A stretch of DNA of 11,993 bases from Candidatus Heimdallarchaeota archaeon (GTDB lineage: Archaea; Asgardarchaeota; Heimdallarchaeia; Heimdallarchaeales; Heimdallarchaeaceae). The stretch covers positions 1-11,993 of the forward strand of contig JAAFKJ010000066.1 of assembly GCA_021399395.1 (NCBI GenBank), given 5' to 3'. A program made the position numbers and the translations under genes. The notes beneath the pieces were generated by a model. That model saw only the letters and a list, made by a program, of their open reading frames with translations. It searched no databases and was not told where the DNA came from. This document shows positions 1 through 8,041 of the stretch, piece by piece. Position 1 is the first letter of the stretch. Every line of letters begins with the position of its first letter.

Positions 1-638
1 ATCCCTTTCCCATGATCCTTGATAACAATCGGTTGATTCCCGAGGTTATCCACAAAGGTCACAAGATTGGTCATCCCTAAATCGATCGCTCCCTTACGTT
101 TGGGTCGGTGTCTTAAGTTTGGAATGGTCTTGAGATAGACCAGTTCTATTGTATACCCTACTTGTCGGGGGATGATCCTCACCTCTCGCAGTTTGGTACT
201 AGCGGTCAGTCTTGTCTTATAGTAATATTCTACTTTCTTCGGTAATACTAGCCACCCGTTCCTTATCTTCGCTTGTTGGTTGCTAAAAATAGCCACCACC
301 TCTCCATCTTTAGGTTTGTAGTTTGGGGGACGAGGTATAGCAAAGAACAAGTCAGGGTTATTCTTCCACTCCTTGAGAGCCCGGAAATAAGCTTTCCAAT
401 TCCTACAGAGGAGTTTGAGGGTGTGTTGGGCTGTATGAACTGGAAGAACTTTGTAGCATTCTTCTGGTTGGAGAAGGGTGTTGAGATCATAATAGAACAG
501 GAGCTTGTTCTGCTGGTTGAGGGAGGTTTTGATAAGGAAATTCGCTCGATTATAGAGATTCTTAACTTGATGACAAAGCTTGCTTAAGGCTGTATGATAA
601 GCAACTTCTATACATTCCGCTCTTACTACTTGTGTCAT
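1..638 (-). CDS. tnpB: IS200/IS605-family TnpB RNA-guided endonuclease, 5' part (runs off the window start)
   Basis: Manual translation from ATG at 638 (GTG at 641 possible) is open to base 1: MTQVVRAECIEVAYHTALSKLCHQVKNLYNRANFLIK...LPVHTAQHTLKLLCRNWKAYFRALKEWKNNP...PRPPNYK...REVRIIP...YTIELVY...KGAIDLGMTNLVTFVDN. It has the typical TnpB N-terminal NLYN/WKAYF/PxxPxYK motifs and the RuvC-I AIDLG motif. Absent from the ORF track because the stop codon lies outside the window. Confidence 0.93.
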   Translation of the reverse strand, partial: MTQVVRAECIEVAYHTALSKLCHQVKNLYNRANFLIKTSLNQQNKLLFYYDLNTLLQPEECYKVLPVHTAQHTLKLLCRNWKAYFRALKEWKNNPDLFFAIPRPPNYKPKDGEVVAIFSNQQAKIRNGWLVLPKKVEYYYKTRLTASTKLREVRIIPRQVGYTIELVYLKTIPNLRHRPKRKGAIDLGMTNLVTFVDNLGNQPIVIKDHGKG

Positions 639-659
639 CACTAATTTAGCAGTATTTTC

Positions 660-670
660 CTATAAAAGCT
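660..670 (-). promoter_or_regulatory. Putative TATA box for tnpB (probably a leaderless transcript)
   Basis: The minus strand reads AGCTTTTATAG about 22-32 nt upstream of the ATG at 638, the archaeal TATA-to-start spacing. Confidence 0.4.
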
Positions 671-891
671 CCAGTAATATCTGCCACTGCGCATAAGTTC
701 AGAGTGATGGTTAGTACATTTAACATGACAACATGACAAATATCTTTCATAACTGAAAATAGCTACTCGTCTGAAAAGAATCTTCTAAAACTAGTTACAA
801 CTTACAAAATGAATATAAGTAAGCCCTTTTACACAAACATAGACTATAGTCAAAGCTCGTCTGTTGATATGTTTCATAAAAGGATTAAACT

Positions 892-2994
892 GTGATACAA
901 ATGGAGAACAATCTTGTATCAGATACTTTAGAAGAATTTCTACTACTACTAAAGAACAATGAACTTGTGGATAGTAGAGAGAAGAAGAATATAATTCTAA
1001 AGATAGCCAGTTCAATTAGAAACTCATTAGATCCCGCAATCATTCTTGTTTCAAAGTATAGTTCAGAGAACTTGAGTCTTATTCCATTTTGTTTAACAGA
1101 TGAGCATTCAAAATTTGATGACGTGGAAATAGAGATTGATTTCTTTGATGATAGTAAGGACCCATTTGCAGAATCATTTAGTGGATCTGAGCTTACTTGG
1201 GCGACTATTGATCAAATCCCAGATAATTATGATTATAAACGTGTTTTTCAAGAATTAGAAGTAGTTGACATCATCATTTCTCCATTGGTTATTAATGATC
1301 ATAATATTGGAGCTGTTGTTGTTCTCCTTTTCGAGAATACTGTTAGATACAATAAAGAGAAGTATATAGAAATTGTAAAAGAATCAACAGTTTTAATTTC
1401 TGATATATTAGCCTCATGGGCTAATGAATATCTTGCAACATTAAAGCAACACCAAACTGATTTGATTGTTGAAATGTCTAATTTAACACTTGAAACAACC
1501 GAAATTCAACTAATCCTTAATAGGATTTTACCCAAAATCAAGTCTGAAACTGGAATAGAATGTATGGGCGTTTTCTTAAAGGATATCGAAGAAGTTTCAC
1601 TAATTCAGCATATAGGGTTAAATGAAGATATAATTCAATATTATAAATCTCCAACTCTTGATATCTCAAGTTTACGTTATTATAATACCTCTAACAAGAT
1701 TGATGAAGTCAGTTTTGCGAACTTAGATGAACAGTATGGTCTGATTCTACCCATTGGGTCAATTAATCTGATGTTTGGATTCCTATTAGTAATTTCGAAC
1801 TCTCAAGAAAAACTATCTGAATCTAATATTCATTTTCTTAGAATAATGGCGAATCAACTATTTTTGACCCTTCAAAGAAAAAGATTACTTGATGATATAC
1901 AACAAATAACTCAAACCTCAGAATTTTCAGCTTTTCCAGTAATGTTAGCTGGAAATAGATTCGAAATGATATATCTTAACAAACAAGCTGAACAAACATT
2001 CAACTTGACCCATGATGAAAGTGTTGGATTGAAGTTAGATCATTTACTGAATCTAGATGCCGATAAAGCAAAGTTGATGCTACAAAAAATACGTGAAGTA
2101 ATTGCCAATATTGCGAAAGACACAATGAAACTAGAAATTGAAATTTTCCAAATGGGAAATTATGATACACGAACTTTCTTTGTTCAAATGTCTCCTACAA
2201 TAAACAACCTAACTGGAGAATATTGCGTAGTTCTATCACTTGTAGATATATCAGAAGCAACAAAGCTTCAATCAATCGCAGAAGAATATTCGAATCGGTC
2301 TAGAATGTATTTGAATGTTCTTACTCATGACATCTATAATATCCTCTTTGGGATATCAGGATACTATGAACTGCTTAAAGATAATATTCCTCAAGAAGAA
2401 GATGGAGTCTTAGAACGAGTTAATACTTTGGTAAAAAGAGGAACATCTATAGTACAGGATATTAGGCTACTTTCAAATGTTTTAGATGTTTCAAGTGCGG
2501 ATGAGTTACACTTTGTTCCTCTTAAGATGACAATGTTAAGAGTAATAGAGAAGGCAAAGGAAGAGTTTACTCAAACCCTATTCAACGTAACTATTGATAT
2601 TCCAAATATGATCAAAATCCATGGTGGAACTTATCTGTACGATATGTTTTACTATGTGTTAGTTAGTCTAGCACAAAAAACTAGTGACTCTAAAGTTATT
2701 ATAGAAATAACTGGGATAGAGATAGTTGATGAAGAAGGAAATGAATTTTTTGAAATCGATATAATTGATAAAAAAGGAATTCCACCAGAATTAAGAGAAG
2801 AAATTCAAAGAGCAATAGAACAATCTCCTTTCGATGAAACATTGAGAAAACACCTTGGATTTATGATTGTTAAAGAGATTGCTAAAAAATACGCATATAT
2901 TCTAAAAATAGAAGATAAAGATTCCAGTGATTGGACAAAAGGGTTTGTAATTAAAATTATTATGCAAAAATCTATGGAAATAGAAAAAGAGTAA
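892..2994 (+). CDS. Cytoplasmic GAF-GAF-PAS sensor histidine-kinase-like protein with degenerate HATPase domain
   Basis: GAF-like segments (IISPLVINDHNIGAVVV; LILPIGSINLMFGFLLV...FLRIMANQL), PAS-like segment (IYLNKQAEQTF...VGLKL...LVDISE) and H-box LTHDIYNILFGISGY. The C-terminal DKKGIP and HLGFMIVKEI are remnants of the G1 and G2 boxes. No TM helix. Start is GTG 892 or ATG 901. Confidence 0.8.
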   Translation: MIQMENNLVSDTLEEFLLLLKNNELVDSREKKNIILKIASSIRNSLDPAIILVSKYSSENLSLIPFCLTDEHSKFDDVEIEIDFFDDSKDPFAESFSGSELTWATIDQIPDNYDYKRVFQELEVVDIIISPLVINDHNIGAVVVLLFENTVRYNKEKYIEIVKESTVLISDILASWANEYLATLKQHQTDLIVEMSNLTLETTEIQLILNRILPKIKSETGIECMGVFLKDIEEVSLIQHIGLNEDIIQYYKSPTLDISSLRYYNTSNKIDEVSFANLDEQYGLILPIGSINLMFGFLLVISNSQEKLSESNIHFLRIMANQLFLTLQRKRLLDDIQQITQTSEFSAFPVMLAGNRFEMIYLNKQAEQTFNLTHDESVGLKLDHLLNLDADKAKLMLQKIREVIANIAKDTMKLEIEIFQMGNYDTRTFFVQMSPTINNLTGEYCVVLSLVDISEATKLQSIAEEYSNRSRMYLNVLTHDIYNILFGISGYYELLKDNIPQEEDGVLERVNTLVKRGTSIVQDIRLLSNVLDVSSADELHFVPLKMTMLRVIEKAKEEFTQTLFNVTIDIPNMIKIHGGTYLYDMFYYVLVSLAQKTSDSKVIIEITGIEIVDEEGNEFFEIDIIDKKGIPPELREEIQRAIEQSPFDETLRKHLGFMIVKEIAKKYAYILKIEDKDSSDWTKGFVIKIIMQKSMEIEKE

Positions 2995-3010
2995 TTGAAG
3001 TAAATATATA

Positions 3011-3280
3011 CTACAATCTTGTAACAAAAGTCATCTGAAAAGAAGAAATTTCTTTTATAGATTCAAAATATGCTTCCAACTGATCTTGAGCACCATCAAC
3101 CTCTGGAATTATGAATTGTCCAACAATTCCAATCAACCCAAAAAATAGCGGTTTGTGTTCTGGATCATTTTGCATTTTAATTGCCTCAGGAAGGTTACCC
3201 CTAACTTTTTTTTCTAAATTATCTGGAGTTACTTCAGCTGATTCTGGCCTTAGTTCATATACTAGTAAGACTTCACCCAA
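3011..3280 (-). CDS. ef1b: Archaeal translation elongation factor 1-beta
   Basis: 89 aa, MGEVLLVYELRPESAEV...PLFFGL...D.LE...V(T)RL matches aEF-1beta. TTG start preceded by a GGGTGA RBS, and it sits downstream of DUF1610 as is usual in archaea. Confidence 0.93.
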   Translation of the reverse strand: MGEVLLVYELRPESAEVTPDNLEKKVRGNLPEAIKMQNDPEHKPLFFGLIGIVGQFIIPEVDGAQDQLEAYFESIKEISSFQMTFVTRL

Positions 3281-3293
3281 TTATTTCACCCAC

Positions 3294-3476
3294 TTAAGGA
3301 CCTGTAAAGTTGCATTTAGGACACACATAGTCATTTCCAAACAATCTACATTTCTTACATCGAACGATCATTACATCATTACAATTAGGACATGAAAAAC
3401 GTGTATCTCCTTCTTCGCTTGGACTGATTATCTTGTTACAGGAAGTGCATCTTGGCATACTTATTATTTTACTCAT
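3294..3476 (-). CDS. Small Zn-ribbon protein, DUF1610 / HVO_2753 family
   Basis: CTSC...F.CPNC...I.RC.KCR...Y.CPKCNF.GP pattern with four CxxC, and the conserved pairing with EF-1beta. ATG at 3476 (GTG at 3485 alternative). Confidence 0.92.
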   Translation of the reverse strand: MSKIISMPRCTSCNKIISPSEEGDTRFSCPNCNDVMIVRCKKCRLFGNDYVCPKCNFTGP

Positions 3477-3520
3477 CGTAACCACTTAATGATTATCTAT
3501 ACAGTTACGTTTTGATTGAT

Positions 3521-3535
3521 GTTTTAAGCTTTTTG
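3521..3535 (-). promoter_or_regulatory. BRE/TATA promoter for the DUF1610-ef1b operon
   Basis: The minus strand reads CAAAAAGCTTAAAAC (purine-rich BRE followed by a TATA-like box) about 45 nt upstream of the ATG. Confidence 0.5.
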
Positions 3536-3720
3536 AATTAACCCATTTTCTTTATTTTTCGATAAGAGGCTATTTACTGATTTGCAGATATTTATCGAAA
3601 TCGATTTTTTTGAAACTTATAAGTCTGTTCGAACGAAATTATCACAAAGATTATAATTGCTATTTGAACATCTTAAGTAAGAGGAATTACAATACTTTCA
3701 TCATTTAAAGGAAGATTTAC

Positions 3721-4872
3721 ATGAGCGGTTTTTCACCTACATGGACAAATAAGGGAAGCGACAAATTAAGATCACTTCAAACCATTAAAATACTAATGAA
3801 TGCAATAGAGAAAATTATAGTTTCTTTAGATATTACTAACAAAGAAACTGAACAAGTTATGATTTCAGCCATTGCCGATGTTTTTCACACCTATTTCACT
3901 CCGAATAGAGATCTTTCAATTGAGGAACAATTTGATTTGCTTGTAGAATCCTTGGGTTGGAAAAATATTACCATAGAAACAAAAGAAGATAACGCAATTA
4001 TTCAATTAGGTGCAAATCGTTTTATAACTTCTAGCGCTGGATCATCACCCTATTTATTGATAGTATCAGGAATGATGAAAGCTCTTGGGTACCTTCTTTT
4101 TGAATCAGATGTTAGAGTTGAACAAATTCCAAGCCAATTCGAATCTCAACAATTGCAGATTATCGTACAAAAAATAGAACAAGGTATCCCATCAAGTAGT
4201 ATTGTATCTAGTGAAGTTTTACCATCTACTACAACAAACCAGTCTCAAATGTCTCAACCAGCAGCCTCTTCGTCACAACCAAGTCTATCAACTGAAGAAG
4301 AAGAGATAAAAGCTAGCATTGATCTTAATCTTGAAACAGTTTTCTCTCCAATTTTGAAAGAATATCCTGCAACTATGATCCTACCCATCTTCCATAAGGT
4401 CCTAGGAGAGATTACTACTACTTTCTTCAGTGATATGGAAGATTCGAGTGTTAAGAAAGCAAAAGCTGAGTTTAACGATCTACATGTACTCTTCTTGATA
4501 GAATTTCTATTGATTAATATCAGAGATTCTGAACAAGATATGAAAGAGATTTCTACAATGATTGGTCAATATGTAACAAAGGCATTGCAAGAAAAAGCAT
4601 CTGAAGATTTAAGGAACTATCTGCCACCTGATATAACTTCAAGTGTCTCAAGAAAAGTCGCTTATGTTGAATTTCCAGCAAGAGGATATTGTACATATGC
4701 TCCTGGAGAAAAATGTGTTGAAGGAAAACGCGATTTGTGTGATTTTGTTTTACACATATGGGGAGGCATGTTACAGACATTAATTCCAGAAGTGAATTTC
4801 AAAGTTGGTGAAAGAATTCCAGCAACACGTAGAGGAAACTTCTGTCTGGTAGAGTTTCTAAAAAATGATTAA
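3721..4872 (+). CDS. Hypothetical protein with two V4R/TRAPP(Bet3)-fold-like domains joined by a Ser/Thr/Gln-rich linker
   Basis: Domain 1: LGWKNITI...IIQLGANRF...PYLLIVSGMMKALGYLLF...VRVEQ (V4R pattern, no Cys). Linker about aa 156-195 (SSSIVSS...TTTNQSQMSQPAASSSQPS). Domain 2: MIGQYV...CTY...LCDFVLHIWGGML...RGNFCLVEF (Cys-containing V4R pattern). Recognised by pattern only. Confidence 0.6.
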   Translation: MSGFSPTWTNKGSDKLRSLQTIKILMNAIEKIIVSLDITNKETEQVMISAIADVFHTYFTPNRDLSIEEQFDLLVESLGWKNITIETKEDNAIIQLGANRFITSSAGSSPYLLIVSGMMKALGYLLFESDVRVEQIPSQFESQQLQIIVQKIEQGIPSSSIVSSEVLPSTTTNQSQMSQPAASSSQPSLSTEEEEIKASIDLNLETVFSPILKEYPATMILPIFHKVLGEITTTFFSDMEDSSVKKAKAEFNDLHVLFLIEFLLINIRDSEQDMKEISTMIGQYVTKALQEKASEDLRNYLPPDITSSVSRKVAYVEFPARGYCTYAPGEKCVEGKRDLCDFVLHIWGGMLQTLIPEVNFKVGERIPATRRGNFCLVEFLKND

Positions 4873-4874
4873 GG

Positions 4875-4890
4875 AAAAAAAGTTTTAAGC
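4875..4890 (+). promoter_or_regulatory. BRE/TATA promoter for the 4923 gene
   Basis: AAAAAAAG-TTTTAAG about 34-40 nt upstream of the ATG at 4923. Confidence 0.5.
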
Positions 4891-4922
4891 CCAATCCCCT
4901 TTGATATCCTAAGCGTGATACA

Positions 4923-5387
4923 ATGGGAAGACGAGTTGTAAAGAAAGTCTATAAAAACACTTATGCTAGAGGGCAAAGGGATACTAAGGAATTTGAAGAT
5001 AGATATCAAGTAAAAGTAGCACTAATATCAATGAAGGTATTAGAAGATAGAGATTTGTTTGGAAATGAATCTGAATTATACTTCCGAGTTGGGTTAAGGC
5101 CTAATTACAGCGGTAGAATTCCAAATAGAGGAACAATAAATCTTGAGAAAAATGAGGTTTATCAACCACCTGATGGGTTAACTCTTTATACTGAATTTAG
5201 GGACGCACCAAAAGGAGGAGTGGTTCAAATACCATTCCATGTATTTGAGAGAGACCCTGGGAAAAATGACGATATAATTATTGATCATGAAATTGCTATT
5301 CCTTTGGGATCATCTGATTACAAAGTAATAAATCAAAACTCTATCAAAGTTAAACTCAAGCTATCAGCACTAAAATCAAGGTATTAG
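4923..5387 (+). CDS. Stand-alone C2-domain-like beta-sandwich protein with a basic N-terminus
   Basis: VKVALISMKVLEDRDLFGNESELYFRV resembles C2 loop 1 (D..G.SDPYV.V). FHVFERDPGKNDDII resembles C2 loop 3 (V.D.D....DD.IG). Terminal strand IKVKLKLSA. The ORF itself is clear, and the fold call is by pattern. Confidence 0.65.
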   Translation: MGRRVVKKVYKNTYARGQRDTKEFEDRYQVKVALISMKVLEDRDLFGNESELYFRVGLRPNYSGRIPNRGTINLEKNEVYQPPDGLTLYTEFRDAPKGGVVQIPFHVFERDPGKNDDIIIDHEIAIPLGSSDYKVINQNSIKVKLKLSALKSRY

Positions 5388-5416
5388 GTTTTCGACTAAT
5401 ACCATATCTTTTTTTG

Positions 5417-6637
5417 TTAACTTAACAAGAATTTAAAACCTGTTTTAATGAAAAATGGCCATAGCCTGAAGTCAGACAACAATCTGTAAACAATCTTCTT
5501 CTGATTATCTACATCTCCTTTTTCGGAAATTTTCTTCTTCAATCTTGGTTTATTAAGAACCTGAAGCAAATAATCTATCTCTTTATCAGTTAAAATATTC
5601 AAGTAATTGCGTACATATTTCATAATAGACAGATTAAAGCGTAGTTCCTTTTTCCATAGTTTGGGATACTGTGCTAAGAATCGTCTATCATAACGGTTCT
5701 GTTTAATAGCATCACTTGCTATCTTCCCCGCAAATTGAGCTGCAATTCCACCAAAAATAACTCCCCCTCCAGTTGTTGGTTTTGTTTGACCTGCTGCATC
5801 ACCAACAACTAGAACATTATCAGTATAGGTTTTCTTAATATAGGAACTTAGAGGTATGGCGCCATTCATTTTTTTAATGACCTTTGCATCTTTAAGCTTC
5901 AACTTAGCACTAGGGTGCTCCTTGATAAAACGTTTCAAATAATAGCTCGCTGGTACTTCTGTTGAAGCTAATCCAACTTTGGCAGTGCTCCCATCTATAG
6001 GAATTATCCAGCTAAAAAAACCGGGTGCAAATTGCTGATCTTGATATAGTTCGACATAATTTGGATCAATATTTTTCAAATCTTTCATAATATACATTGA
6101 TGTAAAAACAATTCTATCTCTCTTAGGTGAAGGAAGACCTACTTGCTGATTGAGTTTAGGAAACCTTCCTTCCGCAAGAATTGCTATAGAACTGACAATT
6201 TGTTTGTATCCACTGTTCTTTCCTAGTTTCAGATTCAATGAGTTATTGTTTCTTTCTAATCCAACTACTCGTGATGATAATTGTACATCAACGCTTGAGT
6301 CTGTAGCTAAATTGTAAAGATATTGATCAAATTTAGCACGATTGACCACATATGCTGTCGGTTGTTTTTTTTCAACAGTAAATGATTTACCCGAAGACGA
6401 ATAAATTGTTGCACCCTTAATGGAATCATTTTGGATAACGTCTGATGGCAAGTTTGTTAAATCTAAATCTTGTAATCCTTGAATACTCAATAATCCAGCA
6501 CAATGCTCATGAAAACCTATTTTTTCTTTAGAATCGAATAGAAGAACACTATTTCCCTCTTCAGCTGCTTTTCTTGCAGAAAGTAATCCAGCAGGTCCTC
6601 CTCCAACAACAGCTAAATCGGTTTTGGGAATATTCAC
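5417..6637 (-). CDS. Geranylgeranyl reductase family FAD-dependent oxidoreductase (likely digeranylgeranylglycerophospholipid reductase)
   Basis: Rossmann VVGGGPAG, CAG motif, R..FD..L, APGFFSWIIP (PxxYxWxFP variant), VGDAAGQTKPTTGGG. 406 aa, GTG start. Confidence 0.9.
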   Translation of the reverse strand: MNIPKTDLAVVGGGPAGLLSARKAAEEGNSVLLFDSKEKIGFHEHCAGLLSIQGLQDLDLTNLPSDVIQNDSIKGATIYSSSGKSFTVEKKQPTAYVVNRAKFDQYLYNLATDSSVDVQLSSRVVGLERNNNSLNLKLGKNSGYKQIVSSIAILAEGRFPKLNQQVGLPSPKRDRIVFTSMYIMKDLKNIDPNYVELYQDQQFAPGFFSWIIPIDGSTAKVGLASTEVPASYYLKRFIKEHPSAKLKLKDAKVIKKMNGAIPLSSYIKKTYTDNVLVVGDAAGQTKPTTGGGVIFGGIAAQFAGKIASDAIKQNRYDRRFLAQYPKLWKKELRFNLSIMKYVRNYLNILTDKEIDYLLQVLNKPRLKKKISEKGDVDNQKKIVYRLLSDFRLWPFFIKTGFKFLLS

Positions 6638-6716
6638 ATTTTACAAAATAAGGTTACATTGAAAAACTGTATGATTATTGTGCACATCTTTCTCAGAAAC
6701 AAATTGTTCTTTTTTC

Positions 6717-6983
6717 TCATGCAGTGTTTATACCAGTCAAGATTTTTTGTATCTTAGCTTTTTTAGAAGATTTTTGATTTTCTTTTCTGATATGATTTTC
6801 TACAGTTTTAGAATTGAAATTCAAATCCAAACTGGTTTGGTACTTTGTCTTCATTATTAGAAGAATTCTACCACAATTACTACAAATTATTTCAGTCGCT
6901 GAGAGATCATAGTTTACTGCATCAAAAACAGGGCTAAACTCTTTGCATCTTGAACAATAAATTGAGTTAAGTTCGTAAAGCAT
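6717..6983 (-). CDS. Small Zn-ribbon protein (two CxxC) with basic C-terminal tail
   Basis: 88 aa; IYCSRC...IICSNCG and a Lys-rich C-terminus. Co-oriented with GGR, about 80 nt upstream of it. Confidence 0.65.
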   Translation of the reverse strand: MLYELNSIYCSRCKEFSPVFDAVNYDLSATEIICSNCGRILLIMKTKYQTSLDLNFNSKTVENHIRKENQKSSKKAKIQKILTGINTA

Positions 6984-7122
6984 TTCATCAATTCCCGCTT
7001 ACATAAGCTCAGTTTCAATAAACAAATCTCAATTTCAGTTTTAAAAGAGGGTAATATAGAGAGAAATATGTAGGGGATATTGAATCTTTATAAATAGTTT
7101 AAAAACAACTGCAGTTTTTAGA

Positions 7123-7794
7123 TTATCGGGAGGTTGTTTGGATGTATTTTTTCTGTTTATCTTCCAATCGTTTGATTCTTAGTAAACCTTCATAGTACCA
7201 GCTAACCACGGTTCTATTCATATATTTCATTACTCGTTGATGAATCATACCTTCCTCTTCTTCTTCTCTATTTAAAACTAAATGAGTGTCCGAACCAAAT
7301 ACGATAATTTCCTCAGACATTGATGTTCTTTGGAATCTGAATATCAAACATTTTTCTTTTGTTCCCTTATCTATACGGTATCGATATGCTTTTTCCCCAT
7401 TATTATTTATGTGTTCAATGATAGCTGTAATCAACTCACCGTTTTTCATGTCTTCAATTTCTTCTTCCTCTTTGTTAATCAAATCAAAATCATGTCGAAT
7501 AGGTTCTACATCTGATAGCTGTTCTATTAATCTACTTTCAACATAAGCTCCCCTGTCCTCGAATATTTCCCATGAGTTTGCTATTTTCTCGGTCTCATAG
7601 TAATATACTGACTCGGTTTGTGGGCTATAGGTTATTTTTTTGATTCCGTTAGGGTATATCTTTTCCTTTAGATTAGGAGAAAGATTTTTTTGATCATCTA
7701 TAACAGAGTTGAAAGCTTCTAAATAACTCTGGGTTATATCTATTTGTTCAAAATCTGAATCATCAGTGTGATATTCTGTTTTTAGACTTTTCAC
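7123..7794 (-). CDS. Hypothetical protein
   Basis: 223-aa open frame in AT-rich DNA with a natural acidic soluble composition. GTG start preceded by AGGGT. No motif recognised. Confidence 0.75.
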   Translation of the reverse strand: MKSLKTEYHTDDSDFEQIDITQSYLEAFNSVIDDQKNLSPNLKEKIYPNGIKKITYSPQTESVYYYETEKIANSWEIFEDRGAYVESRLIEQLSDVEPIRHDFDLINKEEEEIEDMKNGELITAIIEHINNNGEKAYRYRIDKGTKEKCLIFRFQRTSMSEEIIVFGSDTHLVLNREEEEEGMIHQRVMKYMNRTVVSWYYEGLLRIKRLEDKQKKYIQTTSR

Positions 7795-7849
7795 ATTAAC
7801 ACCCTATTTACTTTCAATAATCGATTTATTGCAATAATTCTATCTTTAA

Positions 7850-7867
7850 TTGGGTAAATATACCCAA
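7850..7867. promoter_or_regulatory. Perfect inverted repeat TTGGGTA-N4-TACCCAA, candidate transcription-factor site
   Basis: 7-4-7 palindrome in the divergent intergenic region, about 55 nt upstream of the 7794 start. Confidence 0.4.
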
Positions 7868-8041
7868 ATATTTTCATTTTCTATGTTTAAAATAGATATA
7901 TCTTATAAAATGAATAAGTATCATCTACGCAATATCTACGAATAGACCTTAAGCCTATTTTATTGATTTCTTAGAAGAGAATTTACCACTTAAGAGAAGC
8001 CATATTACGAATTAAAGCCCCTACATTGACTCCTGAATAAA

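Larger units (their letters stand above)
1..700 (-). mobile_element. IS200/IS605-like element (TnpB, no tnpA upstream); boundaries uncertain
   Basis: TnpB gene that is visibly more GC-rich than the flanking genes. No TnpA ORF lies between it and the divergent gene at 892. The left end was not identified. Confidence 0.5.

Noticed and set aside
263-587. ORF-track ORFs 263-490 (-) and 273-587 (+)
   Set aside because: Out-of-frame and antisense shadows of the TnpB reading frame.
723-851. AACATGAC x2 (723-738) and palindrome GACTATAGTC (842-851) as IS left-end or operator signals
   Set aside because: Short single occurrences that are plausible by chance. No IS200/IS605 subterminal hairpin could be defined.
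791-1015. 74-aa minus ORF as a possible tnpA
   Set aside because: No HUH/Tyr or serine-recombinase motifs, and it overlaps the sensor gene antisense.
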